A stretch of 32,000 nucleotides of DNA from assembly GCF_000284115.1 (NCBI RefSeq), contig NC_017080.1, positions 2,430,001 through 2,462,000 on the forward strand, in the 5' to 3' direction. The position numbers were made by a program, and so were the translations under genes. Numbering within the stretch: position 1 is the first letter of the stretch; the number at the start of each line of letters is the position of its first letter. Of this stretch, positions 7,944 through 19,662 are shown in pieces. The notes under the pieces were generated by a model. It saw nothing but the letters and a program-made list of their open reading frames with translations. It had not been told where the DNA came from and did no database searches. The stretch comes from Phycisphaera mikurensis NBRC 102666. GTDB lineage: Bacteria; Planctomycetota; Phycisphaerae; Phycisphaerales; Phycisphaeraceae.

Positions 7944-8492
7944 CTAGTTCCAGAAGATCACTTCGCTGCCGGCGGGCACGTCGGCGAGGCGGTTGGCGCC
8001 GGGATCGTCGAGCCGCTGGAGGCCCGAGGGCGACGCCGGGCGCGTGGTTGCCGCGGACGGAGCGGATGCCGGGGACGGGGCCAGGCCCCGGGTGGACGGG
8101 GCCAGGCCCCGGGTGGACGGGGCCAGGCCCCGGGTGGGCACCGACGCCGGCTCGACGCGGAAGGCCGCGGGCGTGCGGCCAGCCGGCGCCGGCGTGGGGT
8201 TCGGCCGGCCCCACGCGACGGCGCGCCCGCCCGCGGGCGGGGCCGGCGTCGCGGCCGGCGTCGGCGTCCAGCGCGAGCCGGCCGACGCCATGGTTGCGGG
8301 CGCGGGCGTGGGGGCCGGGCGGGCGTCGTCCAGCACCCGGACCTCCGACCACAGCCCGGGCCCCGCGAAGACCGTGGGCCGGGCCGGCGCCCCCGCACCC
8401 GCCGCTTCCTGCGCGGCGGACGCGGAGCAGCCGGAAAGCAGCCCGGCGAGGAGCAGCAGCGGGAGCGCGGAGGCGGTCGGGAGCGCGGTCAT
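7944..8492 (-). CDS. Pro/Ala-rich lipoprotein with an internal TRGLAPS x3 repeat
   Basis: Internal ATG at 8492: MTALPTASALPLLLLAGLLSGC, a lipobox-type signal (L-S-G-C). The middle of the protein is low-complexity and the C-terminus is better ordered (LQRLDDPGANRLADVPAGSEVIFWN). Confidence 0.6.
   Translation of the reverse strand: MTALPTASALPLLLLAGLLSGCSASAAQEAAGAGAPARPTVFAGPGLWSEVRVLDDARPAPTPAPATMASAGSRWTPTPAATPAPPAGGRAVAWGRPNPTPAPAGRTPAAFRVEPASVPTRGLAPSTRGLAPSTRGLAPSPASAPSAATTRPASPSGLQRLDDPGANRLADVPAGSEVIFWN
8076..8138. repeat. 21-bp tandem repeat x3 (ggggccaggccccgggtggac)
   Basis: Units at 8076..8096, 8097..8117 and 8118..8138 (the last is slightly divergent). The repeat is in-frame within the lipoprotein gene and encodes TRGLAPS three times. 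Confidence 0.9.
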
Positions 8493-8649
8493 GAGCCGGT
8501 CTTCGGCGGGCCGGCCCGGGGGATCCACACGGGCCGGCTTCCCGGCCCGGACCCGGCCTCCCGCCGCGGCCGACGGCCGGCAGATCCGGCACAACCCGCA
8601 CCCCGGCGTCCCCGACGCCGCGTGCAGCCGGTGGAAAACCCGGAGCGAC

Positions 8650-8678
8650 TTGACGGTTCGGCTTGCGTTTGGTTACCT
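8650..8678 (+). promoter_or_regulatory. Candidate imuA promoter (TTGACG-17nt-TTACCT) with a GTTC-N7-GTTT direct repeat in the spacer
   Basis: TTGACG at 8650..8655 and TTACCT at 8673..8678. GTTC (8656..8659) and GTTT (8667..8670) are separated by 7 nt. This is the least G+C-rich patch of the divergent 200-bp spacer, and the ATG is only about 15 nt after the -10 element. Assigned by motif resemblance only. Confidence 0.25.
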
Positions 8679-8692
8679 GACACGCACCAACC

Positions 8693-9640
8693 ATGAACGC
8701 CACCCGACCCCAACCCGTCGCCGCCGACCGCCCGACCGCTTCCCGAACGGGTGGTGCGGCCGGCCGGCTCTCGGTCGAGGAGGCCTCCGCTCGGCTGGCG
8801 GCCCTCCGCGAGAAGATCCGCGACACCGAGGAGGACCTGGACCGGGGCGCCGGGGACGCGGCGGGGGGAAGCTCCGCTCGCGGCGGTCATCTGGAGGAGT
8901 GGGCCTCGGCCGACTTCCGCGGCGACCAGCCCCCCGCCGGCGTGCTGTGGTCGCGGGTCACCGCCGCCCGGGCCGCCGGCTCGCGGGAGCGGAAGCTCAT
9001 CGTGTGGGTCGGCGATTGGTGCTGGCTCAACCCCCGCGCCGTCGACGGCACCCCCGACGACTGGCTGTGGCTGAAGACCGCCCGCCAGGCCGACCGCGTG
9101 TGGGCGGTGGAGCTGTGCTGCCGCAACCCCGCGGTGTCGGTGGTGGTGGCCGACGGCCGCGGGCTGCCGATGGCGGCGACCCGCCGGCTGCAGCTCGCCG
9201 CCCGCGCCGGCGGCGTCCGCGTGCTGCTCGCCCGCACGCCCGAGGAGCTGGCGATGCCGTCGGCGGCGCCGGTCCGCGGGATCGTCGGCGGCCGGGTGGA
9301 CGAGGAAGAAGACGCGGGCTGGCCGCGCCGGCTGCACGCGGGCCCCGACACCGACCCGACGGCGGCCTGTGCCGTGGCCGAGGGCCGCGCCGGCGACCCG
9401 CACGCCAGCCCGCGGCGGGTGCCGAGCCCGCCCCGATGGAACGCCCGACTTCTGCGCCGCAAAGGACTGCGGCCCACCGACGACGCGGCCGAAACGCCCG
9501 ACCTCATGCTCTCGGGCGCGGGCGGCGGCGACGGCTGGGTCGTGGAGAAGCGGCATGCAACGATGGTTGTCCGTTCACCTGATCGGCTGGCCGATCGACC
9601 GCTACCGGCGGAAGCGGCGGGCCACCGCCGCGCCGGCTGA
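8693..9640 (+). CDS. imuA: ImuA (RecA/SulA-like mutasome accessory protein)
   Basis: The core LIVWVGDWCWLNP...DRVWAVELCCRNPAVSVVVADGRGLPMAATRRLQLAARAGGVRVLLAR matches the ImuA family pattern. It occupies the first position of an imuA-imuB-dnaE2 cassette. The last ~28 codons overlap imuB and may not be functional sequence. Confidence 0.75.
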   Translation: MNATRPQPVAADRPTASRTGGAAGRLSVEEASARLAALREKIRDTEEDLDRGAGDAAGGSSARGGHLEEWASADFRGDQPPAGVLWSRVTAARAAGSRERKLIVWVGDWCWLNPRAVDGTPDDWLWLKTARQADRVWAVELCCRNPAVSVVVADGRGLPMAATRRLQLAARAGGVRVLLARTPEELAMPSAAPVRGIVGGRVDEEEDAGWPRRLHAGPDTDPTAACAVAEGRAGDPHASPRRVPSPPRWNARLLRRKGLRPTDDAAETPDLMLSGAGGGDGWVVEKRHATMVVRSPDRLADRPLPAEAAGHRRAG

Positions 9641-11204
9641 GGCTTCCCCCCCCCGGCCGCCGCTGCTGCTGATCGCCGTCCGCCACGGCCGGCAGGAGGT
9701 CGTCCGCGCCTGCCCGCTGGCCCGCCGCCGCGGCGTCGTTGCGGGCATGACCTCCGCCCAGGCGGTCGCGCTCCTGCCCCCGGGAGTGGAGCCCGAGTTG
9801 ATCGACCACGCCCCCGAAGCCGACGCCGCCGCCCTCGCGGCGATCGCCCGATGGTGCCAGCGGCTCGGGCCCGTGGTCGCCACCGACCCGCCCGACGGCC
9901 TGCTGCTGGACCTCACCGGCTGCGAGCGCCTGCACGGCGGGCTGCACCGCATGGCCCGGGTGACCGTCGGCCGCCTCACCCGGCTGGGCCTGGAGCTGCA
10001 CGCCGCGCTCGCGCCCACCCTCGGCGGTGCTTGGGCGCTGGCCCGCTTCGACCCCGCCCCGCTGCCGCTGGTGGGCGGGGCCGACGAGGACGCCGCGCTC
10101 GCCGCGCTCGCCCGCCGGCTCGACCCGCTGCCCGTCGCCGCCCTGCGGCTGGAGCCCGCGGAGGTCGCCGCGCTCGAGGAGGTCGGCATCGACCGCGTCG
10201 AGCAGCTGCGTGTGCTGCCGCGCGAGGCCGTCGCCGACCGCTTCGGCTCCGGCGTTCTCCGCCGCATCGACCAGGCCGATGGCCACGTCCGCGAGGGCGT
10301 TCTCGCGGTGAAGCCCTGGACGGCCCCGCGCGTGGAGCAGGCCTTCGGCGGCCCATGCCTCTCGACCGAAGCCGTGTCGGAAGCCTTCGAGAAGCTGACG
10401 CGGGAGCTCTGCGAGCTGCTCGGGGCCCGCGGCCGCGCCGCCTCCTCGATCACCCTGGGCGTGGACCGCCTCGACGCGGACTTGAAGCCGCAGCACGCGT
10501 CCAAGCCGCTGACGCTCTCACGCCCCAGCCGCAACCCGCGGCACCTCGGGTCGCTGCTTTCCCCGCACGTCGAGCGGCTCGACCTTGCGCGCGGGGTGGA
10601 GTGCGTCTCGCTCACCGCGGCCGTCGCCCCCCGTCGCGGCCACCTGCAGCTCGCGGCGTCGGGCGTTTCGTCGGCCGCGGCCGCCGCCGACCGCGCGGCG
10701 GACCTCGCCGGGCACACGGCGCAGCTCGTCGACCTGCTCTGCGCCCGGCTCGGCCGCGAGGCCGTGCTCCAACCCCGCCTCGTCGACAGCCACGTGCCGG
10801 AGGCCTCCTTCGCCGCCACGCCGGCCGCCGGCTCCGCCCCGAGAAGGCCGGCCGGGGATCCACGCGGCGGCCGCCGCGACGCCGCCCACGGCACCCCGCG
10901 CCCGCACGTCGACCGCCCCACCCGCCTGCTGGATCCGCCCGAGCCCGCCGACGCCGTCTACCTGAACCCCGACGGCCCGATCCTCACGCTCACGTGGCGC
11001 GGCACGCGGCTCGAGCTCGACCAGAGCGTCGGCCCCGAGCCCATCGCCCGCCGCTGGTGGCGCGACGTGCTGCGCAAGGGCGACCTGGAAGGCTTCGGGC
11101 CCGAACGCGCGTACCACCGCGTCCGCGACTCCGAAGGCCGGTGGCTGTGGGTCTTCCGCCGCAGCGACAACGGATCGTGGTTCGTGCACGGAGTCTGGGC
11201 GTGA
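9555..11204 (+). CDS. imuB: ImuB (catalytically inactive Y-family polymerase-like mutasome subunit)
   Basis: ATG at 9555 gives MQRWLSVHLIGWPIDRYRR, the typical ImuB N-terminus. The C-terminal signature is present: YHRVRDSEGRWLWVFRRSDNGSWFVHGVWA. It lies between imuA and dnaE2. The track ORF start at 9369 is an upstream extension. Confidence 0.85.
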   Translation: MQRWLSVHLIGWPIDRYRRKRRATAAPAEASPPRPPLLLIAVRHGRQEVVRACPLARRRGVVAGMTSAQAVALLPPGVEPELIDHAPEADAAALAAIARWCQRLGPVVATDPPDGLLLDLTGCERLHGGLHRMARVTVGRLTRLGLELHAALAPTLGGAWALARFDPAPLPLVGGADEDAALAALARRLDPLPVAALRLEPAEVAALEEVGIDRVEQLRVLPREAVADRFGSGVLRRIDQADGHVREGVLAVKPWTAPRVEQAFGGPCLSTEAVSEAFEKLTRELCELLGARGRAASSITLGVDRLDADLKPQHASKPLTLSRPSRNPRHLGSLLSPHVERLDLARGVECVSLTAAVAPRRGHLQLAASGVSSAAAAADRAADLAGHTAQLVDLLCARLGREAVLQPRLVDSHVPEASFAATPAAGSAPRRPAGDPRGGRRDAAHGTPRPHVDRPTRLLDPPEPADAVYLNPDGPILTLTWRGTRLELDQSVGPEPIARRWWRDVLRKGDLEGFGPERAYHRVRDSEGRWLWVFRRSDNGSWFVHGVWA

Positions 11205-11582
11205 CGGCCTGTCGCTCCGCTGCGCTGCCCGGGCTGCGTCCTCGAGCGCCGCGCCTCCGCGCCGGGGCGGGTGTTCCTTCCTCGGCGTTTTTCACCGGCA
11301 GAGCGATGTCCAACCCCGAGCACCCGCAAGCCGCGTCGTCTCCTGATCGCTCCCCCCCGCCATCCGCGGCCGGGTCGCTTGAACCGGCTCGCGGACCGAG
11401 CTCCTGCGGCGTGCGCAAGCGCCACGGCCCGCGGCACCTTCCTCCGGCGCGGCTGGGCGATGAAGCCGCGACGAAGCCGAGTGCCACCTCGCGCAGCGGC
11501 GGCTTGGCCGCCGCGCAGACCCGCACCTCCCGGGAGTCGGCTCGCGGAGCGTGCGAAGCCCGCACCGCGAAAGCGCAGCGCC

Positions 11583-15566
<3,984 letters not shown>

Positions 15567-15653
15567 AGGCCGACCCTGCCGGTCGCGGCCCGCGCGCAGA
15601 CGGCGCGGAGCCCGAGCGGGCGCAGCGACGCAGGCCACCCGCAGCGCGGGCAG

Positions 15654-16670
15654 CTAGAACCTCCGCAGGAAGCGGCGGTCGTTCTCGTAGAGCCAGCGGA
15701 TGTCGGCGATGTCGTGCTTCCGCATGACCAGCCGCTCGATGCCCAGCCCGAAGGCGAAGCCGGTCCATTCCTCGGGATCCACGTCGACGTGGCCGAGAAC
15801 GGCGGGATCGACCATGCCGCAGCCGCCGATCTCCATCCACTCCGGGCCTTTCCCAAAGTCCATCTTCACGTAGAGCTCGGCGCTGGGCTCGGTGAAGGGG
15901 AAGTAGCTGGGCACCAGCTTCACCTCCGCGTCCGCACCGAAGACCGCTTTCGCGAACTGGATCAGCGTGGTCTTGAGGTCGACCATCGTCACGCCCCGGT
16001 CGACGCAGAGCCCCTCGATCTGGTGGAACATCGAGGTGTGCGTCGCGTCGTGCTCGTCGGGCCGGTAGACGCGGCCGGTGGAGACGATCCGCACCGGCGG
16101 CTTGGTGTGCTCGAGCACGCGGATCTGCACGGTGCTCGTCTGCGACCGCATGAGCGAGGTCGAGAAGCCGGGCGCGACGCCCTCCTCCGCAACGTAGAAG
16201 TTGTCCAGCGGGTCCCGCGCGGGGTGGCTCTCGGGGATGTTGAGCGCGACGAAGTTGTGCCGGTCGTCCTCGAGCTCCGGCCCCTCGGCGACGTCGAAGC
16301 CCATGCGACCGAAAACCTCGAGCAGCTCGTCGACCGTCTGCGAGATGACGTGCCGGCGGCCGGTCTCCGGGAGGATCGGCGGGAGGGTCAGGTCCAGCGG
16401 CGGGCCGCTGCGTTTGGTCTTCACCGATCCGCCGAGGGCCTCCCGTCTCGCCTCGAAGGCTTCCTGGAGCTTCTGCCGGGCGGCGTTGGCGGCCTGCCCG
16501 AAGGCCCGGCGGTCGGCCGCGGGCACGCCGCCGATGCCGCCGAGCAGCTTCTTCATCTCGCCCTTGGGGCCGAGCCACGCGGCGCGGAACCGCTCCAGGC
16601 CCGCCGCGTCCGCGACGCCGGCGAGGTCCGCCTCCGCCCGCTCCACCACCCGCTCAACCGTTTCGACCAT
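15654..16670 (-). CDS. pheS: Phenylalanine--tRNA ligase alpha subunit
   Basis: 338 aa with class II aaRS PheS motifs: HPARDPLDNFYV, RSQTSTVQIR, GRVYRPDEHDATHTSMFHQIEGL, FPFTEPSAE and GFAFGLGIERLVM. Confidence 0.95.
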   Translation of the reverse strand: MVETVERVVERAEADLAGVADAAGLERFRAAWLGPKGEMKKLLGGIGGVPAADRRAFGQAANAARQKLQEAFEARREALGGSVKTKRSGPPLDLTLPPILPETGRRHVISQTVDELLEVFGRMGFDVAEGPELEDDRHNFVALNIPESHPARDPLDNFYVAEEGVAPGFSTSLMRSQTSTVQIRVLEHTKPPVRIVSTGRVYRPDEHDATHTSMFHQIEGLCVDRGVTMVDLKTTLIQFAKAVFGADAEVKLVPSYFPFTEPSAELYVKMDFGKGPEWMEIGGCGMVDPAVLGHVDVDPEEWTGFAFGLGIERLVMRKHDIADIRWLYENDRRFLRRF

Positions 16671-16853
16671 GCCCGGAAGCTAACAGGCCGCGTTCAAGCC
16701 CCGATCCAGAGGAGCCCGGCATCCACGGCATGCGCCGCAGAGAACCCGGCGGCGGATGGAGCGTGAGACCATGGCGCGGAGTCCTGATGCGGGAGGCGGA
16801 GCGGGCGATCGAGCGGCCCCCGGCGAGCCCATCGCCCCCGGTCCGCGGGTTCG

Positions 16854-18323
16854 TCAGCTGCGCCCGCGGAAGGCCCGACGCTCGACCAGCTGGAAGCCGG
16901 CTTCCGCGGCGACCGCCATCGCGGCGGAAGGCACGGCGCCGAAGAGGATCAGCGGGGTCGAGTTCAGCTGCACGCCCTGCAGGATCGGCCCGCCGTAACC
17001 GCCGGCTCCGACGAAGGCGCCCAGCGTGGCGAAGCCGATGCAGTAGACGGTGGCGGTGCGGACGCCCGCGAGCACCAGCGGCGCCGCGAGCGGGAGGTCG
17101 ATCCGGAGCAGGCGGCAGCGTGGGGGAAGGCCCAGCGCCTCGGCCGACTCGCGGACCGGACGCTCGATCCCGGCGAGGCCGGCGTGCGTGTTCCGCACGA
17201 TCGGCAGCATCGCGTAAGCAAACAGCGCCGCGATCGCCGGCGCCGCGCCGATCCCCAGCAGCGGGACCATCAACGCCAGCAGCGCGAGCGCGGGCACCGT
17301 CTGGAGGACCGAGACCGCCGGCAGCACCAGCCGGCCCAGGCGCGGGAGCCGCTGCGAAGCCACGCCCAGCGGCACCGCCACGAGCACGCCCAGCGCCATC
17401 GCCGAGGCGACGAGCAAGAGGTGCTCGAGCGTGCGGTCGAGCAGGCGGCGCAGCCACCCGGCGGCGGCCGGGGCTTGGGCATCGGCCAGCCCGAGCCCTT
17501 CGCGGAGGAAGGCCGCGGCCGCCTCGCTCTCGCTCGCGGAGCCGGACATCACCGCGGCGTTCATCGCTCGGACGCGGTCGGCGTCGAGCGTGTCGGCCAG
17601 GCTCCCCAGCGCGGCGACGGCGCGGGGCACCCGCTCCGCCAGATCGGCCCGGTGGACGATCACCGCGGCGTACTCGGGGAAGAAGCCGCGGTCGTCCCGG
17701 AGCACCACGAGGCCGCGCGTTCTCACCTCCGCGTCGGTCGTGTAGAGGTCGACGACGTCGAGGGACCCGCCGTCGAGGCCGGCGTAGGCGATGGCGTGCG
17801 CCATCCCGCGGACGCTCTCCTGCGGCAGGCCGTAGTGGGCACGCAGCGCCGGCCAGCCGTCGCCGCGCTGGAGAAACTCCTGCGTGAAGCCGAAGCGCAG
17901 GCCGGGGTGATCCAGCAGGTCGCTGATCGTGCGGATGCCCAGCGCCGCGGCCTGCGCCCGCTTCATCCCCAGCGCGAAGGAGTTCTCGAACCCGAGCTCC
18001 GGCCCGAGCACCAGGCCGTCCGCGGCCAGCCGCGCCGACAGGGCCCGCCGCGTCGCGACTTCCTCGCCGGCGTAGAGGTTCTGGCGGAGCGTGCCGGTGT
18101 ACTCCGCGTAGGCGTCGATGTCGCCGCGGACGAGCGCCTGGAAGGTCGCCGCGTCGCCGAGCGCCCGCTCGTGCCGCACGCCGACGCCGGCGGCCCGGAG
18201 CCGCTGGGTCAGCACCTCGCCGAGGATGATCCCCTCGGTGAAGGCTTTGCTCCCGACGACCAGCTCGGCGGAGGCCGCAGCCGCGAGAGAGAGGCAGAGA
18301 ACGGGCGCGAGCCAGCGGGTCAT
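16854..18323 (-). CDS. Fused osmoprotectant (glycine betaine/choline-type) ABC substrate-binding domain plus permease
   Basis: The N-terminal half is an OpuBC/ProX-like SBP with a signal peptide (ELVVGSKAFTEGIILGEV...YAEYTGT...LGFENSFALGM). The C-terminal half is a BPD-type permease (LQTVPALALLALMVPLLGIG...AMLPIVRNT...EALGLPPRCRLLRIDLPLA). Confidence 0.85.
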   Translation of the reverse strand: MTRWLAPVLCLSLAAAASAELVVGSKAFTEGIILGEVLTQRLRAAGVGVRHERALGDAATFQALVRGDIDAYAEYTGTLRQNLYAGEEVATRRALSARLAADGLVLGPELGFENSFALGMKRAQAAALGIRTISDLLDHPGLRFGFTQEFLQRGDGWPALRAHYGLPQESVRGMAHAIAYAGLDGGSLDVVDLYTTDAEVRTRGLVVLRDDRGFFPEYAAVIVHRADLAERVPRAVAALGSLADTLDADRVRAMNAAVMSGSASESEAAAAFLREGLGLADAQAPAAAGWLRRLLDRTLEHLLLVASAMALGVLVAVPLGVASQRLPRLGRLVLPAVSVLQTVPALALLALMVPLLGIGAAPAIAALFAYAMLPIVRNTHAGLAGIERPVRESAEALGLPPRCRLLRIDLPLAAPLVLAGVRTATVYCIGFATLGAFVGAGGYGGPILQGVQLNSTPLILFGAVPSAAMAVAAEAGFQLVERRAFRGRS

Positions 18324-18358
18324 CGCAGGGGTGTAGCAGCCGGGTGCTATGAAAGCGG

Positions 18359-19081
18359 ATGCTCGCCCTCGACGACGTGCGCCTGGACCTCGGCGAGAAG
18401 CCCGTGCTCCGCGGGCTCAGCCTGGACTTCCCCGCGGGCCAAACGACCGCGCTCATCGGGCCCAGCGGGTGCGGGAAGTCGACGGTGCTCCGCCTGCTCG
18501 TGGGCCTGCTGCGGCCTGACGCCGGGGTCGTCCGCTTCGACGGCGAGCCCCTGACACCCGGTCGCATGGCCGCCGCGCGCCACCGCACCGGTTACGTCAT
18601 CCAGGAAGGCGGGCTGTTCCCGCACCTCTCCGCCGGCGCGAACGCGACGCTGCTGGCGCGGGAGCTGAAGCGGCCGGCGGCGGAGATCGCCGCCCGGCTC
18701 GACGAGCTGGCGCGGCTGGTCCGCCTCGGCACGGACCTGCTCGATCGCCCCCCCGGCCGGCTCTCCGGCGGTGAACGCCAGCGGGTCGCGTTGATGCGGG
18801 CGCTCTTTCTGGATCCCGACGTGCTGCTGCTCGACGAGCCGCTGGGGGCGCTGGACCCGATGGTGCGAGCCGGCCTGCAGGACGACCTCCGCGAGATCCT
18901 CGACGGCAGCGGCAAGACCGTCGTCCTCGTCACCCACGACCTCGCCGAGGCCGCCCACTTCAGCGAGCGGCTCGTGCTGATGCGGGCCGGGGAGGCGGTG
19001 CAGGCGGGCCGGCTGGAAGATCTCCGCGAGCGGCCGGCCGACGGCTTCGTCCGCGGGTTCCTCGCGGCACAGCGCCGGTGA
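18359..19081 (+). CDS. ABC transporter ATP-binding protein (osmoprotectant-type, no CBS tail)
   Basis: Walker A GPSGCGKS, Q-loop YVIQEGGLFPH, signature LSGGERQRVALMRA, Walker B VLLLDEPLGALD and H-loop VTHD. Divergent from the SBP-permease gene. Confidence 0.9.
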   Translation: MLALDDVRLDLGEKPVLRGLSLDFPAGQTTALIGPSGCGKSTVLRLLVGLLRPDAGVVRFDGEPLTPGRMAAARHRTGYVIQEGGLFPHLSAGANATLLARELKRPAAEIAARLDELARLVRLGTDLLDRPPGRLSGGERQRVALMRALFLDPDVLLLDEPLGALDPMVRAGLQDDLREILDGSGKTVVLVTHDLAEAAHFSERLVLMRAGEAVQAGRLEDLRERPADGFVRGFLAAQRR

Positions 19082-19102
19082 CGCACGCCTGTGGCGTCAC
19101 CG
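19076..19102 (+). terminator. 9-bp perfect hairpin overlapping the ATPase stop codon
   Basis: cggtgacgc (19076..19084) pairs with gcgtcaccg (19094..19102) around a 9-nt loop. Only TT follows. Weak terminator candidate ahead of the tRNA. Confidence 0.3.
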
Positions 19103-19133
19103 TTCACGCGCCGCTATGGTTTCCCGGCACCCC

Positions 19134-19206
19134 GCGGGTGTAGCTCAGTTGGTAGAGCATTTGCTTCCCAAGCAAAATGTCGACGGTTCGAGCCCGTTCA
19201 CCCGCT
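19134..19206 (+). tRNA. tRNA-Gly (anticodon CCC)
   Basis: Folded by hand. Acceptor stem gcgggtg/cacccgc, D arm gctc-agttggta-gagc, anticodon arm tttgc-ttCCCaa-gcaaa, variable loop atgtc, T arm gacgg-ttcgagc-ccgtt, discriminator T. No encoded CCA. Confidence 0.9.
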
Positions 19207-19293
19207 TGTCGAACATCCCACCGGCTCCGGCACCCCACGGACGGGGTCGCTCCCGGCCGGCTCCCGCCAAGCCAGGCGGCGGAGGAGGCAGCG

Positions 19294-19662
19294 TTGCCCG
19301 GAAGCGAGCACAAGGAGCGGGCGGACGCCCTGCGGGAACAGGAACGGCTCGTCGAGAGCCAGGCGCTGCGGATGCGAGCGGCCGCCGATCGGCTGCGCCG
19401 GCAGAGCGATCCGGCCCTCGCGGCACCGCTGGCCGAAGAGCTGCGGTTCCAGGAGGACCTCCACCGGGGGCTCGTCGAGGGGCTGCGGGCCCAACGCGAG
19501 CGGGCGGCGGCGGCGATGGAAGCGGAGCGGACGCGGGCGCTTCTCGGCCGCTTGGAAGCGGAGCGGGCGGAGCGGGTGGAGGGCGAGGAGCGGCTCGCGC
19601 TCATCGCGGAGGTCCGCGCCAAGCTCAGATCCGCTCGGGGCTCCGCCCGAGCGACGGGCTGA
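19294..19662 (+). CDS. Hypothetical Glu/Arg/Leu-rich coiled-coil protein (~122 aa)
   Basis: TTG start at 19294, preceded by GGAGGAGG 5 nt upstream. The sequence has a heptad-like character (ERADALREQERLVESQALRMRAAADRLRR...LEAERAERVEGEERLALIAEVRAKL) and G/C third positions. The track ORF start at 19177 overlaps the tRNA and is rejected. Confidence 0.45.
   Translation: MPGSEHKERADALREQERLVESQALRMRAAADRLRRQSDPALAAPLAEELRFQEDLHRGLVEGLRAQRERAAAAMEAERTRALLGRLEAERAERVEGEERLALIAEVRAKLRSARGSARATG

Noticed and set aside
19134-19300. Integrated island at the tRNA-Gly gene
   Set aside because: The window has no integrase or recombinase and no repeat of the tRNA 3' end. The downstream genes (nrnA-like, ribF) are core housekeeping genes with host-like composition.
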